This document shows positions 25,846 to 35,377 of a stretch of DNA of 64,000 nt, one piece after another; position 1 is the stretch's first letter; each line of letters starts with the position of its first letter. This DNA comes from Bryobacterales bacterium (GTDB lineage: Bacteria > Acidobacteriota > Terriglobia > Bryobacterales > UBA6623), in the NCBI GenBank assembly GCA_965217195.1, contig CBDCHL010000003.1:41941-105940 (forward strand), read 5' to 3'. The notes beneath the pieces are model-generated. The model worked only from the letters and a program-made list of their open reading frames with translations. It was not told the origin of the DNA and did not search any database. The position numbers were made by a program, and so were the translations under genes.

Positions 25846-28032
25846 ATGGCATGGGGCCCAAAAGACGGTCTTACCGACGAGAATCGTGGGGGTCGCTTCC
25901 GCTTCCAGCATTTTGGCAGCACGCTTCACCTCAAGGTCGAGAACGCCTGGGACTTACGTCGTGTAAGCGAACTGGATGAAGCCCACTGGGTCGCTACGAG
26001 CGCTCCGATCGCGGCCATCAACGGTGACCTCGTCTTCCTCGAGCTTGTGGACACTGACCATGACGGGCGCATAGGATGCACCGAGCTTCGCCAAGCGATT
26101 TCCTGGCTCTTTGAACACGTGAAGGACTACGCCGGCACCAACGCCGGCAACACTGCCCTGGTGCTGGCTACGATTCGTAATGAGAGCGACGAGGGCCGGC
26201 GCATAGTCGAGACCGCGATCAAGATCCTGACGCGTCTCGGCTCCACCGAAAAGTCCCGGATTACCCTCGATCAGGTGAGGCGGATTAAGAAGGAGGAGGA
26301 GGACGGGGCGGTCAGCGAGGCGGGGATCGTCTTGCCCGAGGCCTCACAGGGTGACGACGCTGCCGCGCTCCGCCAGTTTCTGAGCGACATCCTTGCCACT
26401 GTCGGCGGCGACTCACATCCCAGCGGTTCCGAGGGAGTAAGCCGGGAGTACCTGGATGAATTTCTAACCGAGGCCGAGTCGTTCCTCTGCTGGCTGGCCA
26501 AGGCCGAGCGGGTTGATGGGGAACCCCTCTCCCCCGTCATGCCTTTGGGCGAGACAACCTCCTCCGCCTACTCCCTGTTCTCCTCCCTACGGAACAAGAT
26601 CGATGAGTACTTCATACTCTGCCAGACCCTCCTCCTGGATCGCCGTGTCGGTGAGCACATGCAAGAAGGCAGCTCACACCTGGAGGAAGTCGATTTTGCC
26701 GATCCTTCCGCCGTCCAATCCCTCCTGGTCAGAGCTCCTCTGGCTCCCCCGCAGCCAGACGGCGCGCTGGACTTCGACAGTCGAATCAATCCCCATTACG
26801 CCGTACAGGTCAAGGATTTTCGAAAGGGGGTTCTCCTGCCATTGCTGGAAGGCGCAGCCGAGAAGGAACTGACAAAAGAGCAGTGGGGCCACGTAAAGGA
26901 GTGCTTTAGCTCGCATGAAAAGTGGATCGACTCGGAACCGGCTTGCCGGGTCAAGGGCCTGGGCGCTGAAAGATTGCGGGAGTATCTGAACGACTCCCAA
27001 TTGGTTCGGTCTGCTCGTGAGCTAATGGATCAGAGCAAGACTACCGCCTTCGTTCTCGATAATGTCCGCCTCCTGGAGAAGGTCATCCTTTACCAGGCCT
27101 ATCTACTGTCGTTCACCAACAACTTTGTGAGCTTTCCCGACCTCTACAACCCGAAAAGACGGGCCCTTTTTGAGATGGGGACACTAATCATGGACGGCCG
27201 TCACTTCAACATGAGCATCCGGGTGCACGATCGTTCTCAGCACGCAAACATCGCCCGCGCGAGCAACATGTTGGTGCTCTATGTGGAGGTGGGATCGAAA
27301 GAGAAGGGAAAGCTCTATGAGGTTGCTGTTCCGGTGACCTCCGGGAGCAAGGGAAACTTGTACGTAGGCAAGAGAGGCGTTTTCCATGAGGTGGATGGTC
27401 GGGAGATGGACGCCTTCGTGGTCGAGATCGTCGAGAATCCCGTCAGTTTAGGGGAAGCCGTCATGGCACCCTTCCAGCGCTTAGGGCGAGTGGTTACGGG
27501 CAAGATCGAGAGCATCACAGGCGCCGCGGAAGAGAAGCTCGACGCCGCGGGCTCGGAAGCTGTTAGCGGCGTCCAAGCTGCCTTCGCGAAGAAACCGCCT
27601 GCCTCACAAGTCCCATCGGCTCCTTCCGGCCAAGCGATTGGTGGGCTGCTGGCGGGAGGAGGCATTGCTCTTGCTGCGCTCGGGTCCTCGGCAGCATTCG
27701 TTGTAAAGACCCTCGCCGGCCTTACTTGGCAATCCACGCTGGTCGGCATCCTGACCGCGGTGGCGGCCGTCGCAGTCCCTGCCTCCCTTGTTGCTCATCT
27801 GAAGCTTCGCCGGCGGGACCTAAGCGCTATCCTCGAGGCCTCCGGGTGGGCCATCAACGCGCGCATGCGATTGACCCGACACCAGGCGGATTATTTTACT
27901 TGCGTGCCAGGGTACCCGAGCGGCGCAAGGGGCATCCGGGGCCGCCGCTGGTTGATGTGGGCGTTGCTGGCGGCGGCGATTGCAGGCATAGTCGTCCTCA
28001 TGGTTGTGCTCAGCAGATTTGATTTCCACTGA
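25846..28032 (+). CDS. 728-aa protein of unknown family with one EF-hand-like loop and three C-terminal TM helices
   Basis: DTDHDGRIGCTE (26050-26085) fits the DxDxDGxIxxxE calcium loop. The C-terminal hydrophobic segments are IGGLLAGGGIALAALGSSAAFVV, LVGILTAVAAVAVPASLVAHL and WLMWALLAAAIAGIVVLMVVL. No other family was recognised. Confidence 0.7.
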   Translation: MAWGPKDGLTDENRGGRFRFQHFGSTLHLKVENAWDLRRVSELDEAHWVATSAPIAAINGDLVFLELVDTDHDGRIGCTELRQAISWLFEHVKDYAGTNAGNTALVLATIRNESDEGRRIVETAIKILTRLGSTEKSRITLDQVRRIKKEEEDGAVSEAGIVLPEASQGDDAAALRQFLSDILATVGGDSHPSGSEGVSREYLDEFLTEAESFLCWLAKAERVDGEPLSPVMPLGETTSSAYSLFSSLRNKIDEYFILCQTLLLDRRVGEHMQEGSSHLEEVDFADPSAVQSLLVRAPLAPPQPDGALDFDSRINPHYAVQVKDFRKGVLLPLLEGAAEKELTKEQWGHVKECFSSHEKWIDSEPACRVKGLGAERLREYLNDSQLVRSARELMDQSKTTAFVLDNVRLLEKVILYQAYLLSFTNNFVSFPDLYNPKRRALFEMGTLIMDGRHFNMSIRVHDRSQHANIARASNMLVLYVEVGSKEKGKLYEVAVPVTSGSKGNLYVGKRGVFHEVDGREMDAFVVEIVENPVSLGEAVMAPFQRLGRVVTGKIESITGAAEEKLDAAGSEAVSGVQAAFAKKPPASQVPSAPSGQAIGGLLAGGGIALAALGSSAAFVVKTLAGLTWQSTLVGILTAVAAVAVPASLVAHLKLRRRDLSAILEASGWAINARMRLTRHQADYFTCVPGYPSGARGIRGRRWLMWALLAAAIAGIVVLMVVLSRFDFH

Positions 28033-28054
28033 GAAAGAAATTCCCGCGCAAAAG

Positions 28055-28262
28055 CAAACCTGTCGTTAGCCAAAACTACGTAGCCGTTTAGATTGAAGTG
28101 TTTGCGTCGAATCTCACTTGACAGCCAGGCCCGCATACATTGGGGTCATCAGACGAATGCGTCCTCTACGCGGACCGCGGCGCTCCCCCGCCAACTGCAA
28201 CTCGTGGTCGGCAAGTTACTTACGTCCCGGCTGTTGCACGGACGTGGCGAACCGTTAAAATG
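28055..28262 (-). mobile_element. MITE-like element family 2, inverted copy
   Basis: 28066..28134 is about 93% identical to the reverse complement of 25733..25802. A diverged opposite arm lies at about 28200-28262 (…GGCAAGTTACTTACGTCC…TGGCGAACCG). Confidence 0.5.
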
Positions 28263-28331
28263 GGGCTGTCCCTCGTAACACCGGCCGCTCTCTTTGTAAC
28301 GGGAGCGATGGTTAGAGTAATGCTGCGAGTC

Positions 28332-30938
28332 ATGAAAAGGGCCGGGCCGGCTTTTCTGTTGGCGGCAGTCTGCCCGGTGGCCGCAACCGCCGACACCGTC
28401 GACTTCGACCGCGACATCCGCCCGATCTTCGAAACCCGCTGTCACGTCTGCCACAACGCCGAGACCCAGCAAAGCGAATTTCGACTCGACAGCCGCGAAC
28501 ACGCTTTGCGCGGCGGCGGGTCGGGTGTTCCCGCCATCATTCCCGGCGACAGCGCCGGCAGCATCCTTTATCGATACGTAGCCGGTCTCAACGAGAAGGT
28601 CGTCATGCCTCCGGTCGAACCGCGTTTGACCGGCGAGCAGGTCGAGCAAATCCGTCAATGGATTGACGAGGGCGCCCGGTGGCCCGAGGACGCCGAGGTT
28701 GACGCCGCGGATTCGGAGCCCTCGAAGTTCGACCAAGCGCGTGACCACTGGGCTTTCCAGCCGCGCGCGCAGCCTTCTCCACCGGCGTTGACCGACGACG
28801 CTGTAGCCCGCCGCGTACGCAACCCGATTGACGCTTTCGTCTTTGGGAAGCTCGAAGCCCGCGGTCGGCAACCCTCGCCGCCGGCACGTCCTCATCAGTT
28901 GCTGCGCCGCGTTTACTTGGACTTAGTCGGCTTACCTCCCAACCTCGACGAGCAGGAAGCCTTCCTTCGAGACCCAACACCGGGATCGCTCGATCGCGTC
29001 ATTGAAGATCTCCTCGAACGCCCGACCTACGGCGAACGCTGGGCGCGCCACTGGCTCGACCTCGTCCGCTACGCCGACACCAACGGCTACGAGCGCGACG
29101 CCATCAAGCCCTTGGTCTACCGTTATCGCGATTACGTGATTCGGTCCTTCAACGCGGACAAGCCCTTTGACCGCTTTGCGATTGAACAGCTCGCGGGCGA
29201 CGAATTGCCCGGCGTATCCCCGGAAACCTTAATCGCAACCGGCTTTCACCGGCTTGGCCCGTGGGATGACGAGCCCGCCGACCCACTCACCGACCGTTAC
29301 GACCAGCTCGACGACCTGGTTCGGACCACGTCGGAGGTTTTCCTCGGCCTTACGCTCGGCTGCGCGCGCTGTCACAACCACAAGTTCGAGCCCCTCACAG
29401 CACGCGATTACTACAGCATGGCGGCGATCTTCAATCCGCTGACACGCCCCCTGAAAGGGCGTACCGAACTCGTTCGCCCCATCGGGACACGCTCGGAATT
29501 AGACGCCCTGGAGGTGCGCGACGAGAAAATCCGGGCCCTCGAGGAAAAGATCGAAGCGATCCGCGAGCAGGTGCAAACGGAGTTTCTCTCCAGCGGTAAC
29601 AGCGCACTGCCGGCGCGGGCCGTGCGCGCCTATCTGACACCCGAAGCCGACAGGGATGCGGTCGAGCTATCGCTGGTTCGGGAGTTCCGCGAACAGCTGG
29701 ACGCGGAACTCGAAAAGGCCGGCCCGCGCAGCGCTCGGAGTAAGGTCTTCGATATTGAGGATCGCATTTGCGAACTTCGCGATGAGACGCCGACTCGCGA
29801 TTCCGCCTATATCCTGCACGAGCCGCGTGGCACGCCTCCGGCGAGTCATCTGCTGATTCGCGGCAAGGCGTCCAATCCGGGTCCGGAAGTGCCGCCCGCT
29901 GTGCCGGCCGTTCTGTCGGAAGCGGCGCCTAGGTTCCCTTCCTGGGAGGGATCGAATCCCACCACCCTGCGCCGCCTGTCCCTCGCTCGGTGGATCGCCG
30001 ACTCCGACAATCCCTTGACGGCTCGGGTGATCGTCAACCGCGTTTGGCAATTTCACTTCGGCGAAGGAATCGTGCGAACACCCAGCGACTTCGGTCTGCA
30101 GGGCGACCCCCCGACGCACCCCCAACTTCTCGACTGGCTGGCGAACTGGTTCATCGAGCACGGCTGGTCTCTCAAGAAACTTCACCGGCTCATCATGGCC
30201 AGCAACACCTATCGGATGAGCAAGGAATGGGACCCCGCATCCGGCGCCGAGGATCCCGACAACCGACTGTTTTGGCGTGTTCCTTATCGGCGGCTCGAAG
30301 TGGAGGCGATCCGTGACTCGATGCTGGCAGTCAGCGGACGCCTGAAGCCGCAAATGTACGGCCCCCCGATGTACCCCTACGTTCCCCCGGCCGCGCTCGA
30401 GGGCTCCAGCGACCCCGACAAAATCTGGCGCCCCTTCGACGAAGAGGACGCCTCCCGCCGCACGATCTACGCCTTTGTGAAGCGCTCAATGATCGTCCCG
30501 ATGCTCGAAGTGCTTGACCTGTGCGACACGACGAAGTCCTCCGCCAAGCGAATCAATACCGCCGTGGCGACCCAGGCCTTGACGCTTTTCAACGGAGAAT
30601 TCGTCAACCGCCAAGCCCGACACCTGGCCGAGCGTTTGGTGAGGGAAGCGGGCGACGACCCCGTCGATCAAATCGAGCGCGCCTATCGCCTGGCCTTCGC
30701 CCGACCGCCGACGGCGGATGAACAGCGATCGCTGCTCTCGTTTCTGGAAGACGAGTCGAGCAGGCGGATGACCGAGGCGGGCGGCGGCGCCGATCCCAAG
30801 CGCGATGGCGAAGAGGCGTCACAGGAACCGCTGGTGAACCTTCAATGGGAGGGAACCTTCGGGGGAGACAAGCTGAGAGCTTGTCTCAACTGTGGACTAG
30901 GACCGGCAAGAGTGCCGGTCGCTACCGCGGACGAGTGA
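28332..30938 (+). CDS. planctomycete cytochrome c (PSCyt1) / DUF1549 / DUF1553 protein
   Basis: ATG 28332 gives signal MKRAGPAFLLAAVCPVAATA. Motifs include CHVCH, HWAFQP, NPIDAFVFGKLE, YGERWARHWLDLVRYADTNGYE and VNRVWQFHFGEGIVRTPSDFG. The track ORF from 28140 overlaps a repeat. Confidence 0.9.
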   Translation: MKRAGPAFLLAAVCPVAATADTVDFDRDIRPIFETRCHVCHNAETQQSEFRLDSREHALRGGGSGVPAIIPGDSAGSILYRYVAGLNEKVVMPPVEPRLTGEQVEQIRQWIDEGARWPEDAEVDAADSEPSKFDQARDHWAFQPRAQPSPPALTDDAVARRVRNPIDAFVFGKLEARGRQPSPPARPHQLLRRVYLDLVGLPPNLDEQEAFLRDPTPGSLDRVIEDLLERPTYGERWARHWLDLVRYADTNGYERDAIKPLVYRYRDYVIRSFNADKPFDRFAIEQLAGDELPGVSPETLIATGFHRLGPWDDEPADPLTDRYDQLDDLVRTTSEVFLGLTLGCARCHNHKFEPLTARDYYSMAAIFNPLTRPLKGRTELVRPIGTRSELDALEVRDEKIRALEEKIEAIREQVQTEFLSSGNSALPARAVRAYLTPEADRDAVELSLVREFREQLDAELEKAGPRSARSKVFDIEDRICELRDETPTRDSAYILHEPRGTPPASHLLIRGKASNPGPEVPPAVPAVLSEAAPRFPSWEGSNPTTLRRLSLARWIADSDNPLTARVIVNRVWQFHFGEGIVRTPSDFGLQGDPPTHPQLLDWLANWFIEHGWSLKKLHRLIMASNTYRMSKEWDPASGAEDPDNRLFWRVPYRRLEVEAIRDSMLAVSGRLKPQMYGPPMYPYVPPAALEGSSDPDKIWRPFDEEDASRRTIYAFVKRSMIVPMLEVLDLCDTTKSSAKRINTAVATQALTLFNGEFVNRQARHLAERLVREAGDDPVDQIERAYRLAFARPPTADEQRSLLSFLEDESSRRMTEAGGGADPKRDGEEASQEPLVNLQWEGTFGGDKLRACLNCGLGPARVPVATADE

Positions 30939-30950
30939 TATGATCTGCGT

Positions 30951-32408
30951 ATGAAACGGTCCGAGAATCATAGTCGGAGAGAGTTCCTGGCCAACACCGG
31001 CGCCGGGTTCGGGGCTCTCGCTCTGATCGACCTGCTTTCTCGTGACGGGTTCTTTTCGTCGCAGGCTCACGCGGCTTCCGCGACGGCATCCTCTGGGGCG
31101 AAGAGCGTGCTCGCCAACCGCCCGCCTCACTTCCCCACCAAAGCGAAACACGTTGTCTTCCTGTTCATGAACGGCGCCCCCAGCCAGGTCGACACGTTCG
31201 ACCCCAAGCCGGCGCTGACGAAATTCAACGGCAGCCCCTACCAGGGCGACACCGTGATCGGTTCCAACAACCGTCCCATCGGTCATTTGATGCAGTCCCC
31301 GTTCGAGTTCGCCAAGCACGGACAAAGCGGACTCGAAATCAGCAGCCTTTTCCCGAACATTGCCAAGCACGCCGATGATTTGTGCGTCATCCGATCGTTG
31401 CAAACCGATACGGCCGCGCATGCTTCCGGTTGCATTCAGATGAACACGGGCAACGTCGTGATCGGCAAGCCGAGTTTGGGGTCCTGGTTGGGCTATGGCT
31501 TGGGAACTGAAAGTGATGATTTGCCCGGCTTTGTCGTGATGACCGACCCGCGCGGCGGGCCGATCGGGAGCGCTTCGAACTGGAGCGCCGGCTTCATGCC
31601 GGCGGCCTACCAAGGCACCCTGTTTCGCAGCGGCGGCTCGCCGTTGTTGAACCTCGAAACGCCGCGCGGGGTCACCGATCAAACTCAGCGACACGCGTTG
31701 GACCTTCTCAAGAATCTGAACGAGTCCCACCAACAACGGCATGCGGGCGATTCCGAACTCGAGGCGCGCATCCATTCGTATGAGTTGGCGTATCGCATGC
31801 AGACCACCGCCGCCGAGGCGGTCGATCTGGACGTCGAGAGCCGGCAAACACAAGAAATGTACGGCCTCCACACGAAGCTGACCGAGGACTTCGGCCGCAA
31901 GTGTCTGATCACGCGGCGGCTGATCGAACGCGGCGTGCGGTTCATTCAACTCTATTCGGGCGGCGGTCACATTGAAGACACCTGGGACGGCCATAACGAC
32001 TGCATCTCGAACCACACGCTCCACGCGGGGGAGACCGACCAGCCGATCGGCGCCCTTATCTCCGATTTGAAGCGCGCGGGCCTATGGGATGAAACGCTGA
32101 TTGTTTGGGGCGGAGAGTTCGGCCGCACGCCGACCAGCGAGGGAGTCGGCAAGCCGGGTCGCGATCACAACTGGCTCGGCTTCAGCATGTGGCTCGCGGG
32201 CGCCGGCGTAAAAGGCGGGCAGGCGATCGGAGCGACCGACGAGCTGGGTTTTCGGGCCGTCGAGGACCCCTGGCACGTTTCGGACCTGCATGCCACTATC
32301 CTTCATTTGATGGGGCTCGATCACACCAAACTGACCTATTTTTCCCAAGGCCTCGACCAACGACTCACCGGCGTCCGAGGCGAGGTGATTCGTAAAGCAC
32401 TCGCCTGA
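30951..32408 (+). CDS. DUF1501 (sulfatase-fold) protein with Tat signal
   Basis: SRREFLANTGAGFGALAL is a twin-arginine signal. 485 aa, located 12 nt downstream of the DUF1553 gene, which is the usual partner arrangement. Confidence 0.9.
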   Translation: MKRSENHSRREFLANTGAGFGALALIDLLSRDGFFSSQAHAASATASSGAKSVLANRPPHFPTKAKHVVFLFMNGAPSQVDTFDPKPALTKFNGSPYQGDTVIGSNNRPIGHLMQSPFEFAKHGQSGLEISSLFPNIAKHADDLCVIRSLQTDTAAHASGCIQMNTGNVVIGKPSLGSWLGYGLGTESDDLPGFVVMTDPRGGPIGSASNWSAGFMPAAYQGTLFRSGGSPLLNLETPRGVTDQTQRHALDLLKNLNESHQQRHAGDSELEARIHSYELAYRMQTTAAEAVDLDVESRQTQEMYGLHTKLTEDFGRKCLITRRLIERGVRFIQLYSGGGHIEDTWDGHNDCISNHTLHAGETDQPIGALISDLKRAGLWDETLIVWGGEFGRTPTSEGVGKPGRDHNWLGFSMWLAGAGVKGGQAIGATDELGFRAVEDPWHVSDLHATILHLMGLDHTKLTYFSQGLDQRLTGVRGEVIRKALA

Positions 32409-32845
32409 TCCGGCGCCGCGGAGACAATGATGGGGTTCCGGGCACTTCAACCGATCAAGTGGTGCGACTGAGATTCCGAGCCAATCCGGGGAGGACTCTC
32501 TTCGTTGGGGCTGTACCACGTCAGCGGCATTCCGGCCGAACGGACAATCACTTCCGAGCCGACAATGGGGAGGAGTTCTTGGACGTATACCACTTTTCGG
32601 CCTGCGACGAGGCGGTCTTAGTCGATCCAGTCGCAGGCGATTCTTCGCAGGTCTTGAAAACAGGCTCTCCCAACGGATATGAGGGATGATCATGAGGGTT
32701 GGCTTGGAGTCGGGTGAGGGAGTGGCGAACCCGATTGCTGAGCCGGCGCGGTGAACGCGACGAGCACGAAACCTTGGGAAGAGCGTTACCTGACGTGACA
32801 TGTTTGCCTCCTCGGGATCGGACTCGTTGTCTTCCGCGAAACGGG

Positions 32846-33394
32846 CTACGCCTCGGCAACTTCAGGTCGCCGGTTGATTCTCGGATCCGTGAACACGTCC
32901 GCGTCGTCGGTGCTGCGGGTGGAAAACTCCGAGACGATCGCCCCCTCCGGTCCGGCTTGAAACCAATGGGGAGTGTCGGGGGAGAGGGTGTACTGCTCGC
33001 CCGGCTTGAGACAAACCTCGTGTAGGACCGTGTAGTAGTCTTCGGAGCCTTTGGGCGCCCGGCAGGACGCCGGTGAAGCAGGTTCTCCCGACACATAGAG
33101 GTAGACGGATCCCCAGCGGCAGCGGAATGTCTCCTCCTTGCCGGGAACGCCCTCCACGGTCGGATGCAGATGCTCCGGGCAGGTCTGCCCCCCGAACATA
33201 ATGATTTCCTTGGCGCAGCACCGCTCCGTGTTGATGTAGGTGATGATTTCGAGCCCTGTCGTCTCAAGTTCTCCGAGGCCGAAATCAGCCACTTCAAGAC
33301 GCCCGCGCTCCTCGGGCGTGATTACAATTCCCGCCCGTTGCAGCAAGGCAACCGAGCGCTCGACGGCTTGTTCGTACTCTTTTCGTTCAATCAT
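32846..33394 (-). CDS. D-lyxose/D-mannose ketol-isomerase-type cupin (YdaE-like)
   Basis: 182 aa. EVADFGLGELETTGLEIITYINTERCCAKEIIMFGGQTCPEHLHP...ETFRCRWGSVYLYV...HWFQAGPEGAIVSEFSTRSTDDADVFTDPRI closely follows the B. subtilis YdaE family pattern as I recall it. Confidence 0.8.
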   Translation of the reverse strand: MIERKEYEQAVERSVALLQRAGIVITPEERGRLEVADFGLGELETTGLEIITYINTERCCAKEIIMFGGQTCPEHLHPTVEGVPGKEETFRCRWGSVYLYVSGEPASPASCRAPKGSEDYYTVLHEVCLKPGEQYTLSPDTPHWFQAGPEGAIVSEFSTRSTDDADVFTDPRINRRPEVAEA

Positions 33395-34284
33395 GGATCC
33401 TCCTGGTTGCTCGATCGAAGACTTCGCAGTAAACCCTTCACCGTTTCTTTTACGGCGTTGCGCCCGGCGACCATGATGTCTTGCTCGCCTCCCATGCCCA
33501 AAAACGGATGAGGGCTCATTGGCGTGTGGTAGGCGGCCAGTTTGTGCCGCGCCGCTTCGAGATAGGCTTGCTTGAGAATTGTGCCGTAGTTGAATTTCAC
33601 CACGCCCAACTCGATCATCCGGCCCGCTTGATCGAGCGGGATACCGGTGCCGCCATGAAGGACCAAGGGAATGTCGACACGGTCACGGATTCGGCGCAAG
33701 ACATCGAAATCCAAGCCGGCCTTTCCTTCCGTGAGGATGTGAACGTTACCCGCCGCCACCGCCAAGGCGTCAATGTTCGTTTCGCGCACGAACCGGCTCG
33801 CCTCATTGGGATCGGTAAGGCGTCCGTTTGCCCCAGCGCCCTCGGTGCCATGGGGTAGCCGTCCGACCTGCGCCTCCACCGCTATGCCTTTGGAGTGAGC
33901 GATTTCCACCACGTCCCGCACCAAGCGGAGATACTGATCGGGTTCCATGTCTTCGGACTCCGGCATGACCGCGTTAAAACCCAAATCCATCGCCTGTTTG
34001 ATCTGTTGCAAATCCCCGCTTTCGTTAAACAAGAACCCGACGGAGACCGTGGAACGCTCCAGCGCGAGCCGAAGACCGGCGTAGAAAGCAAGTGACTCAG
34101 GCGAGCGGCGGCCCGGGTGGCGCAAGAATCCGCCATTGAAACCGGTGATAACGGGGGCCCGCTCTTCTTCCGCTGCCTGCACGACTGCCTGGAACGACTC
34201 GAGATTCCAGGACTCGAAATATCCCAGGGCGTAGCCGCCCTTTCGAGCATCAGCCAGCAGTTTCTGGAGGGGCACTAACGGCAT
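33391..34284 (-). CDS. class II ketose-bisphosphate aldolase family (FBA/tagatose-bisphosphate aldolase-like)
   Basis: 297 aa. LLADARKGGYALGYFESWNLESFQAVVQAAEEERAPVI, VLHGGTGIP. 4-nt overlap with the isomerase gene. Confidence 0.85.
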   Translation of the reverse strand: MPLVPLQKLLADARKGGYALGYFESWNLESFQAVVQAAEEERAPVITGFNGGFLRHPGRRSPESLAFYAGLRLALERSTVSVGFLFNESGDLQQIKQAMDLGFNAVMPESEDMEPDQYLRLVRDVVEIAHSKGIAVEAQVGRLPHGTEGAGANGRLTDPNEASRFVRETNIDALAVAAGNVHILTEGKAGLDFDVLRRIRDRVDIPLVLHGGTGIPLDQAGRMIELGVVKFNYGTILKQAYLEAARHKLAAYHTPMSPHPFLGMGGEQDIMVAGRNAVKETVKGLLRSLRSSNQEDP

Positions 34285-34345
34285 CGTCGGTTCTCGGAAT
34301 CACTTGCACGCAATCCAGCCGAATACCAGGCCGGCGGCGGTTTCC

Positions 34346-35314
34346 TTAGCTCACCTGGCCGGTTGCGGCTTGTTCCATCTCGGCTTCCTGAATAAACGCC
34401 AACGCTTCCACCATGTTGAACACTCCGGCCGTGCAGCCCACCGCCCGGGTGCAAGAGGCTCCCACCGCGCTTGCCATTTGCAGCGCTCGCTCCAAGGGCC
34501 ACTCCTCGAGCAGGCCGGTGATCAGCCCGGCCGCGAAGGCATCCCCGGCGCCCGAGCCGTCAACCGCCTCCATCCGGTAGCCGCTTACCTCCACGGCCGA
34601 ACCATTGCGAAACAGGAGCGCGCCTTGCGGGCCTCGCGTGATCACAACCGCGCCGTCCGGATGGAAACGAGACAAAGACTCGCCTTGGACCCGCGGGTCG
34701 ACGGCGCCGGTCAACATGCGGGCTTCATCTTCGTTGGGCAAAAAATAGTCGACGTACGGTAACAGCGGCTCGACCTGTTTCATCAAATCCGTCAAGCCGG
34801 CGGGCACGATGATGTCCAAGACGGTTATCAGCGATTTCCGTTTTGCCTCGCGCAGAAAGCCCGCCAACTCGTCCGGGTCCAGGCCGGGCAAGCCGAGATA
34901 CCCGCCCACGTAGACCACGCGTCCACTGTCTAGAATGGAGCGGTCGATGTCGGCCATAGTGAAGTCCGCGTTCGATCCCGTGTAGTGCAGGTAGCGCCGG
35001 TCTTGTCCCTGGATGTTCAAGATGAACGTCTGAGACGTGGGATGGGCGCGACTGCCGCGTTTCACGTGTGTGGCGTCGATCCCAAGCCTGTTGAGATCGC
35101 TGATGACAAAGTCGCCGAAGTCGTCCGGACCGACCTTGCCAACGACCGTCACCTTCCGCCCCAGTCGCCTCAGACTAGCGGCGGTGTTGGCGGCGCAGCC
35201 TCCGACGCTGAGCAGGAAACGATCGGTCAGCTTCAGTTCGCCTTCTCGCGGCAGTTCATCGAGCGGACCGGAGAAAATATCCGCAATCAACAGCCCGATG
35301 CAGATGACGTCCAT
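34346..35314 (-). CDS. PfkB-family carbohydrate kinase
   Basis: 322 aa. GGCAANTAASLRRLG and the C-terminal DGSGAGDAFAAGLI (anion hole/ATP motif) are present. Confidence 0.85.
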   Translation of the reverse strand: MDVICIGLLIADIFSGPLDELPREGELKLTDRFLLSVGGCAANTAASLRRLGRKVTVVGKVGPDDFGDFVISDLNRLGIDATHVKRGSRAHPTSQTFILNIQGQDRRYLHYTGSNADFTMADIDRSILDSGRVVYVGGYLGLPGLDPDELAGFLREAKRKSLITVLDIIVPAGLTDLMKQVEPLLPYVDYFLPNEDEARMLTGAVDPRVQGESLSRFHPDGAVVITRGPQGALLFRNGSAVEVSGYRMEAVDGSGAGDAFAAGLITGLLEEWPLERALQMASAVGASCTRAVGCTAGVFNMVEALAFIQEAEMEQAATGQVS

Positions 35315-35377
35315 TTCGACCTTCGGTCAGCCCGACCCTTCCGGCCGTTTCTTCCTGCTGCTTCGCTTCTAAACCGA

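Noticed and set aside
32409-32845. A 437-bp gap between convergent genes. It contains ORF 32459..32689 and, on the minus strand, a protein-like stretch (…KVVYVQELLPIVGSEVIVRSAGMPLTWYSPNEE…).
   Set aside because: The minus-strand stretch has no start codon, is under 60 aa and has no recognisable family. The plus-strand ORF has poor coding character. It is possibly another gene remnant, but this is unsupported.
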